Origin: Schmidtea nova
Taxonomy: Eukaryota
DNA: 43,602 nt
Assembly: GCA_044892505.1 (NCBI GenBank)
Contig: CM097882.1
Span: 449,562,001 to 449,605,602, forward strand
Direction of reading: 5' to 3'
In this document: piece by piece, positions 34,701 to 43,602 of the stretch
Position numbering within the stretch: position 1 is the stretch's first letter
Layout: the number at the start of each line of letters is the position of its first letter
The notes under the pieces: model-generated
Told to the model about the DNA's origin: nothing
Databases searched by the model: none
What the model saw: the letters and a program-made list of their open reading frames with translations, nothing else
Made by a program: the position numbers and the translations under genes

Positions 34701-35736
34701 AGTTTTATGTCCTTAAAGAAATTTGTCGGGGCAATTTTTGCTATGTGTAGAATGTTGTTTGTGGCATACGGTGATGTTAAATTTTTTGTTTGCCATTGAA
34801 AGTGGGCTTGGTGAATTCAAAATTTTGAAGGTGTGGTTTTGGAGGTAAAAATGGGTCTGAAAAGGTGGGCGGAACTGCTTTTGTAATTTTATATATGGGG
34901 AAATGAAAATTGCTTTTAAAAAATTTCAATAAAATTGCAAAAAAAACATTATAAATATTTTACGAATGAGAGATATAGATGACAAAGTTAAAGATTTACA
35001 TGAGAAAGGTATGAAACTTACGTTTGTCACTTCTGACAACAATTGTAGAAAAACAATCAATTTAATATAAGCCGGATAAAAATAACATATATTCGACATT
35101 GACATTGATGGCATCTTTGACAGTCTAGCCCGTTGATTTTGATTGATTGTGCTGGGATTTGCCATTGTTTGTACATTACACATATTGTGTTTGGGATTCA
35201 ATTGTTTTTGGTTGAATTCTTTATTGGTTTTACTCTGTATAAACGATTGCGGATTCTGACTCATCTTGCAGCCACTGAAAATTGAAGACTCATTAGGAAT
35301 GTTTAAGAACGAGAAATATTGGAGATCGTTTTGAAATTGTTAGAGTAAATGAGAATTTGCCATTCCAAGTGGAGTACATAACTGAGATGAAGATGAAAGA
35401 ATTCCCGTATTCAATGACTGATGATTGTTACTGACACACTATGATAGTTTATACGTATTCAATTCAGATAGCTTCTTTTCACTCGGTATTTCCACAGATC
35501 TCGGATTCGTCACAACGTTTGGATTTGGAAATATTTCATTTGACTTCTTTTTTGATTTTGAATTGAAAATAGTGAGTTCTTCTTGGATCATTTTTATTAA
35601 ATAACGAAGGATATTTTGAAAAAAGTATGTCGAAAAAAAGTGAATATTAAAACAATGCCATCTAAACTCTCATTCGATAATTATTAAATAAGTTAATTAA
35701 TTAAAAAAAAAGAAATTTATAATTTAAGACACTACA
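34700..35736 (-). mobile_element. 5' end of a related Gypsy in opposite orientation (LTR 35736-35044, PBS, leader)
   Basis: TGTAGTG...CTACA then TGTTGTCAGAAGTG; ~570 bp is alignable as the reverse complement of 29678-30285. Confidence 0.85.
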
Positions 35737-36108
35737 ATCCGTTTTAACCATTAGATTTGCATTCAAAATATCTTTTAGCAATAAAAATGTCTAAGTTTTT
35801 ATTTTCATATCGCAACCCCCCAAAGAACTTTTGTGACCAATAATTCTAAATTCATTGATTCACGTTCAACAAAAAAATCAACTATTTAATTTAATTTATT
35901 AATGATTGTTTAATAGATCAATACTTTTACTACAAATTTTATAGATTTTGAACGAAAATTGAGACGCATCATTGAATCCATATTCATTTAATAAGCGTTG
36001 GCATATTTTTAATCGTAGATCTAGTTCAAATTCTGCATTACATTATATTTGAAGAAAAATAATGTGGAAAATTTTGGGTATTTTATTAATTCATCTATTC
36101 CAACTATT

Positions 36109-36282
36109 NNNNNNNNNNNNNNNNNNNNNNNNNNNNNNNNNNNNNNNNNNNNNNNNNNNNNNNNNNNNNNNNNNNNNNNNNNNNNNNNNNNNNNNNNNNN
36201 NNNNNNNNNNNNNNNNNNNNNNNNNNNNNNNNNNNNNNNNNNNNNNNNNNNNNNNNNNNNNNNNNNNNNNNNNNNNNNNNNN
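36109..36282. other. Assembly gap
   Basis: N run. Confidence 1.
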
Positions 36283-38730
36283 CATAATGCCAACATCAAG
36301 TTGCCGATTACCGATATATCGTGAAACTGGGAAATTTGGAACCTTGGACATTTAAATAAAGAATTTTATTAGATAAAGAATAACTCGGTTAATTAGTAAT
36401 AATTTTACTTTTGCTGAAAGTGTTCTTTTATTTGTTGTTGATGTTTCTACAAGTTTTTTAATTAATCAACTGTTTTACATGTTAATTATAAATTCTGAAT
36501 TGAAAGAGAAAAAACTTTTAACAAAAGAATTTTTTTAAATAACGAAGGTACAATTTTCAATTATAATTAAGGAATGTAATTGAAATTCATAAATATATTT
36601 ATTAACGTATAGACGGTGCTCAGGAAGAGGGTAAGCACCCCGTCACCAAGGAAACTGCAAAAATGAGGTTACGATTGATTAGGGAGCTAGAAGTCTTTAA
36701 CATATCTCAAAAGCTCCAAGATAATAAAAATAAATTCAATTCAAAGTTGCCTTTGTAGCAGTTAGTCTTATTTTAAAAGTGTATTTTTTTCAAAATTTCA
36801 AAATTATGAAAAATGTTTTTTTAACCTGGGCATTGTCGATATGAAAAGAAGCAATGTCGTTCAACGAAGCTTGATTTATTCAGCATAATAAACTAATTGA
36901 GATTTTAACGCTGTGAAAATAAAAAGAAGTTTAATATTAATCAATAAGTGCAAAGTGAAAATAGAAGTTGAAGAAAAAGACAAAATCCGAACGAAAAAGG
37001 AATTTTTCTTATTTTGAAAATTCGCATGAGATAATGAAGCGAAAGTGGCGGAAGCCCGTGAAAACTTAAAATTTATTTGTCGATCGGTTACTGTGTTTAT
37101 ATATTATTTACATTGTTTTGACGTGCGAGGGAGCAAACCGCGATGCTTCTTATTTATCCACCCACTTTTTTAAAGTTGCATACATGAAAGAATGTCGTGT
37201 TTCCTTCACTTTAAGACTCCTACAAATTAGTGAAACGTTTAGAAGCAGTAGTATTGAGGTAAATCTAATAGAAGATATAAAGAGGATAGTTATGAATGAA
37301 AAGTTTCAAAGTTAAAAGTTTTAAAAAACATCAGCCATATTTTACAGTTTATCCTTCGAAATCCCTTCTCTACTCAGATCGATCTCATTGAAATATTTAT
37401 TTCACTAACCGAAAGAAAAACTTAATCTAGTTCTTTATCACCTTAGGGTTACATTCTAGTCTTGCAATCTCCTTATTGTATATCAAATCATCACAAAGAA
37501 ACAAACTTTATGCCAGTGTAACATTTATTAACAGATTAACACATTAATGAGAATTAGGTTGTCTTTGGTAGTGGATACAGCTTCCGAGATTCTTGTATCA
37601 TCTTCTGGTTCAGTTGTAGGTCGTCCAATACAACATCTAACCGGCTACTAATAGTACATTGGACGTGTGTTTTTGGGGGAAATGTATAACCAAAACAGAA
37701 ATTGGATTTATATCGCAAAATATTTATTTGAACAAAATATTTTAAAGAAAATTATTGAAGAGATTTAAATTAGATAATTATCAAGATTTGGAAATAAGTT
37801 TGAGAAAATAATTTAAAAGTGATTGAAAGAATCTGATGTCCAATGTTGAGTGAATTGGTCGTATTTTAAACAGGAGAAATCGCAGTCAAGTGAAAGAGAA
37901 CAATTACATCAACTGTGTTGAGATAGAAAAATTATAACCAGGTGTCAAGTGATCGTGAATCTGAGCTTTAGTGGTATTCCTCATGACATATTGCAATAAG
38001 CGCTCAACCGGTTAGATTGTCTAATTATTCTGAGGGGTTGTAATCAGTAAATTGTGACTAAATTGTAACCGTGCTGATCAACAAAAACTTTTATCGCATG
38101 GAATTCGTTATTGCTATTAATCAAAACATGCTCGAAGTCAGATCAATCGTAACTAATTTCTGACGCCAAACTCCACCAATATGTAAATGTTCATATCTTG
38201 GAAATATTTGCTACAATATATTAAGTACAAAAATTGAAAGTAAGGAAAATTCGTCTTTTCAAACTAGAATAAAATATGCATTATGATTACGTATATTTGA
38301 AACATTAAAAGAGAACTTTTGTATTATTTTATTACTATTGTATTTTTAAGAGTTCATTAAATCAAATATCATACCAAAAATAAAGGACATTTTCCTGAGG
38401 TTTTAAAAATTATATATTTTAATAAATATATTAAAAATCTAAAAAAATTGAAAATTTAATGAGATTTTAATTTCTTTTGAGTTAATAATTAAAATTCAAT
38501 AGCAGCTATATACGAAAGTATATATAATATAATAACCGTCATTAATTTATTTGTACGTGTGTCAGAAATATAAATAAATTGTAAGAATTTATGTAAAATA
38601 TGAAATTTTAGTAAAAACGAAAGTATCATTCGAAAGGTCTTTGAGAGGAGCATGTGATGGTCATACCATCGAAGGTCTAAGGTGGGTGCTGGACCTTCAA
38701 AGGTTCGAAAACCTTCAAATATTTTCAAAT

Positions 38731-38732
<2 letters not shown>

Positions 38733-38795
<63 letters not shown>
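38733..38795. repeat. (TA)n microsatellite
   Basis: Pure TA run. Confidence 0.95.
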
Positions 38796-38798
<3 letters not shown>

Positions 38799-39092
38799 GA
38801 TGTCCTATTTTATGTTTATTTTACGTTATTATTCGTTTAAGAGTTTGTAAACGCCGTCATTACTATGGACGGTGCCCTTGCGGTCACCAGGAACCCCCCC
38901 CTTTTAATTTTTTTATATTGTTTAATAATCAAATAATTATATAATTAAATAATTTGAATTATTAAGATTCAAATTATTAAATTCAAATAGCTTACTATAG
39001 GAAACTATAGTAAGCTAAATCCAGAAATAAATTAAATCGATTAAAAAATTAGAAATAAAAAATATCTCAAAATACTGAAATAAAAATTAAGC

Positions 39093-39575
39093 CAAGACAT
39101 TGAAATTCCCATTCCAAAATATTTTGTGATTGAAACAATACATTGGAATTCATTCCGAAATATAGTGTAATTGAAACAAGACATTGAGATTCCCATTCCG
39201 AAATATTTTGTAATTGAAACAAGACATTGAAATTCCCATTCCAAAATATTTTGTAATCGAAACAAGACCTTGAAATTCCCATACCGAAAGATTTTGTAAT
39301 TGAAACAAGACATTGAAATTCCCATTCCGAAATATTTTGTAATTGAAACAAGACATTGAAATTCCCATTCCAAAATATTTTGTAATCGAAACAAGACCTT
39401 GAAATTCCCATACCGAAAGATTTTGTAATTGAAACAAGACATTGAAATTCCCATTCCAAAATATTTTGTAATCGAAACAAGACATTGAAATTCCCATACC
39501 AAAATATTTTGTAATTGAAACAAGACATCGAAATTCCCATCCCAAAACATTTGATAATTGGAACAAGACATTGAA
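39093..39575. repeat. 43-bp minisatellite, ~11 copies
   Basis: Unit GAAACAAGACATTGAAATTCCCATTCCAAAATATTTTGTAATT. Confidence 0.95.
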
Positions 39576-40783
39576 GTTATTAAAAGAAGCTAAAATAAAA
39601 AAACTTTTCAAGTAACTTTTCGTGGTTTTTCTATTATCTTGTTCTTAATAAATTTTAGTAACTTAATAATAGTTCTGGTTAATTTATTGTAGCTCAATTT
39701 ATTGTTATTCATTTCTCAGTAACCGCACGACACAGCACACACCCCGAGTGTCGGCACATTACTAACGTCTGACTCTCTCGGGACCTACAATTTTCTTACT
39801 ACACTCGCAAATAAAAAATTTTAACTACTAGACTTAACAGTGAACGGAGATTTGTAGAACTATAATAATATATATATATATATATATATCATTTGAAAGG
39901 AAATTGAGAGGTAAGTATGATTGTCCTACCTTTGAAGAATAATGGTGAGTTTGAAACCTTCAAAAGTCTCAAAACCTTCAAGGGGTCCAAAATCTTTAAA
40001 ACTATATTACATATAAAATTTAACTTTAAGTCACTTGAAAAATTTTAAAAATTAAATTTACAAAAAATTAACTTTATTTTTAATATCATTTTAACTTTTC
40101 CCGTTGATGATACTAATAATATATATTTTGAAATAATTTCTAGAAATAGTACCTATTGAAGAAATCATACTATCTACTGAACCGGTTCCCGTGTCATTTA
40201 CGTTGCCCGACGCAATGCTGCGATTGCATACATGGAATTTCGCAAAATATTCTTCAGTTGAACTTCAATTCCATACAAGAGAACCGAGAGGAATTTTGTT
40301 TTTTGTGTAAAATGTTTATTGAGTAAATTGCTAATAGATAATAATTAATAATATATAATAATATAATTAAAAGTGGTTAGCCTTTCTCAACAATGTTTCC
40401 TTCAATCATTCAATAATAATTCTGCTATCGACAAACTATAAATATTTTATATTTTTAATAACCTTAAATAATAATAATAATATGGTTGAAAATTTTGAAG
40501 ACCGTAAGAATCACGTGATTTTTGTAAGTAGCGTTTTTACTTTAAATAAATATTCTCATCAATATATTATTTGGCAAAGATCGTTTCAAAGTACACATTT
40601 TTAGTATTAAAATCAATTAGTACTTTTGCAGGGAGCACAGTTTGACCATCCAAAAAATTCACTTATATGGTAATTCTTTTTAAAAGTTAGCAATACTGTT
40701 ATCTGGCTGTATCGGATATTTATATAATCGTATAATGTTTAGCTTTTTGAATTCAGAACTTTCAACCGAGCATATGTCTATAT

Positions 40784-43410
40784 CAGGGTGGCCAACAAGT
40801 CGATCGTCGATCTCTCGCATTGTTTGAGGTACAATTCCGCTTACTACCATGACTTTGAAGCGATTTTAGAAGACAAACCTTTGTAGTAATAGTTGAATGT
40901 ATTCTAGGAACTTGCCAAGTTCATGAACACCTAGAATTCTGACAACCAGACACTGTTACATACGCTCACCCAAAACAATACATTTTGAATATGTGTTACA
41001 TTGTCACCGGACACAACGCGCGAACGCACTAGTTACAACTCGACTCATCGAAGAACACAGTCAGTAAGCTTGAATATTTGGAAGTGCCATACGGTAGCTT
41101 CTTTTCTTTTGTATTAACTGTGTCATTATCAGGCAATATTATTTATCCTCGGTGACCACGTAGGATTTTAATTTTTTGTCTGTTTAATATGTAATTCCAT
41201 TTTCTTTGTTTTGAATTAAATTGCTTTTCTTACCTATCTATTTACTTGATAAGTGAGCATTCTCGGCAACAAATCTCTAAACTGCGGTCATTACATTATG
41301 AGAATAATAATGAACAGTATTCCAAATATATTAAGAATAACACTAATGCTATCTAAAGTAAGAGGTCAGTATTTTAAACCGTAATAAATATATTGTAACT
41401 TTAACACACTTCTTGTAAATTCGAATATATTTATATTAGATTTTAATATACTTGTATTGTTGTCCCTGATTGTAGTATGCAGGATTGTTATTATTTCTCT
41501 CAATGTAATGGAAATAATTGCCGCAGTTCATGAGTTTTTGAATTTTATAGGAAAATATTTAATTCAATATTTATTCTTTAAATTGTCATATTTCTTTGCA
41601 TTCTAGTATACCCATGAACATGAGTAGTAAACCAAAGAAATCTAAAACTTATCACTTCAATGAAAATGGGAACTTGATTACTTTTTTACAATGGTGAATG
41701 ATAAATGCTGTTTTTAATATGTCTTACCTCAGTAGCAATTTCTAAGAAGGGTAATCTGGAGAGACATTCTTTAGCTTTACATAACAAGTATCAAAAAGAT
41801 TATCTACCAATTTCTGAACTGAGTTAAGGATCTTAAAACTCGATTATCAAATCAACAAAGCGTTTTTAAAAAGATAAGGTTGAAGTCACAAGCAGTAACT
41901 ACTGCACCATTCAAAGTAAGCTGTCTCTTAGCAAAAAAATGCAAGCCATTTTCCGACGGTGAATTTGTAAAGGAAATATTTTTGGAAATGTCAGATTCAC
42001 TTTTTAACGATTTTAAGAACAAGAGTGAAATTGTTTCTGCAATTCAAGATCTACAATTGTCTTGAAACACAGTGGTGTGAAGACTTGAAATGATGAGTGG
42101 AAATGTAAAAGAGCAGCTAATTAAGGATATTAATAGATGTTCTTGTTTTTCCATTCAGTGTGATGAATCGACAGATATAAGTGATACAGCACAATTACTT
42201 GTTTTCGTTCTTATGATTTTTAAGGATTTTACATCTAAAGAAGAATTGTTGGGTATGATTTCTTTGAAGGAAAAGACTAGAGGTGTCGACATATTTAAAG
42301 CCTTTAAAAACTTGCTCTATGATTTGAAAGTACCCCTTTTCAAATTAGTCTCTATAACAACGGATGGTGCAGCTGCAATGAAAGGTTGCAAAAATGGATT
42401 TATAGCCCTATGTCGAACTGAAGATGAATTCCCAGCCTTTTTGAGCTATCACTCATATATCCCAGTGTCACCAAATGTAGCAAATATATCTATTCTTGTT
42501 TAGGATCTACATCGACATTTTCATACTTAAAGCTAACGAAGAGTAAACAACGTTCTGTCTTAATTGATTCCCATACAGAAAACTCATTATTAATATCTTT
42601 GTCAGGATATACACCTGATTATGATTCCTTGGTTAGAGACATGCAAACTCAGTCTTCCCATTAATGTTAAGGGAACAAAGTAAATTCTAAATCTCTATTT
42701 ATCTGTGGCTACTTTGAATTAATAAATATTGTTAATAGTTATCCATGTTCTTTTAACTCCTCTGGACGTGAGTTTTTGGCCCTTTAAATAATTATTGTTG
42801 ATGTTTTTACGTAAGTAGATAAACCGTATATCTATATTTTAGTACGAGGTGTACTTATCGAGCTATTGATAAATTAGCAAAAGTAAGTCATATTATTCTC
42901 TCGTGATAAATTTTCTTGACCCAAAAACACGAGAAAGTGAAATATTGTAATCAAATTATCAGCCATACTGTGCATTTTTATAACAACTTTTTTATGTTTA
43001 CGAACAAAAAGCACAACAACTTATACATTGCAGTTGATAAAAACCTCAAATCGCATTTTAAGTTAGTAAAACTCTATCTCGAAAAATTGTTGTAAACTCG
43101 AATTTTTTAGGTACCGCTTGTATGGAATGCTGCTATCAAACGTTGGGTCTGGGAATTTATTTTCTTCAGGAGTCTATGTCTCAAAAACTTAATAAGTGAT
43201 TTAAAAATAAAAATAGTTTTGATCATATTTTTTACTTATCTACCCATACGTCGCTGAAATGCACCTTATGCTGAAACACAATGTATAAACATGGTATGCA
43301 TTTCACACCTCTTCTTCCACCCTAAGACTACCCCTATGACAATAAGTCGATCGCGACACACTTTTAAGAAAAAAAGTAGATTTTATATACAGAAAAATTG
43401 GGCACCCCTG
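40784..43410 (+). mobile_element. End-to-end hAT (Charlie/SPIN/Buster group) with internal deletion, 2627 bp
   Basis: TIRs CAGGGTGGCCAA / TTGGGCACCCCTG; perfect 8-bp TSD GTCTATAT (40776-40783, 43411-43418); subterminal AAGTCGATCG at both ends. Confidence 0.92.
41614..42664 (+). pseudogene. GTF2IRD2/FAM200-like hAT transposase, broken and internally deleted
   Basis: KPFSDGEFVKE, FSIQCDESTDISDTAQLLVF, SITTDGAAAM, and C-terminal MQTQSSH*. Confidence 0.9.
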
Positions 43411-43602
43411 GTCTATATATTCATAGAGTTTCTTTTCTGCAAACCCCTCGCTTCTTTTCTTATCAGTCAATGCATCACTTGCTGAACTAAATGGCATCTA
43501 TAACTTAACGGCTTCAAATAAAATGCACACCAACAGTGGCAGCAAAGTAAATTAATCAATATTTTTAATGGAAAACTCACACACAATTCCTGGCCAAACA
43601 CA

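Noticed and set aside
29540-35736. DIRS-type element because of the inverted repeats
   Set aside because: It encodes a DDE integrase and a protease, has no tyrosine recombinase, and each repeat has its own PBS.
39093-39575. CRISPR-like array (units contain ATTGAAAC)
   Set aside because: Units are contiguous with no unique spacers, there are no cas genes, and the context is eukaryotic.
39041-39611. Three overlapping - strand ORFs of 153-176 aa
   Set aside because: Artefact of a stop-free 43-bp unit cycling through all three frames.

Overview
AT-rich eukaryotic (metazoan) genomic DNA that is mostly transposable elements, with two assembly gaps (28690-28817, 36109-36282). Very short putative introns (41-47 nt) and the Merlin/Gypsy/hAT/Polinton mix suggest a flatworm such as a planarian; this is inference only. 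From left to right: an apparent hAT > Merlin > Gypsy nest whose innermost Gypsy is nearly intact (single gag-pol ORF, LTRs, PBS, PPT, ATTTA TSD); two exons of a GRHPR-like gene (- strand); two degraded Gypsy elements (- strand); the virion morphogenesis module and right terminus of a Maverick/Polinton; pogo, hAT and piggyBac-MITE relics; an intronless PP1-like phosphatase gene; two related Gypsy elements fused convergently so that their LTRs form a ~0.7-kb inverted repeat; a 43-bp minisatellite; and an end-to-end hAT with an 8-bp TSD. The most notable observations are a spliceosomal-type intron after codon 2 of the Polinton protease, an ORF-bearing LTR whose 42-nt GT-AG segment is precisely absent from the sister LTR, and a -1 frameshift signal located after the protease in one Gypsy.
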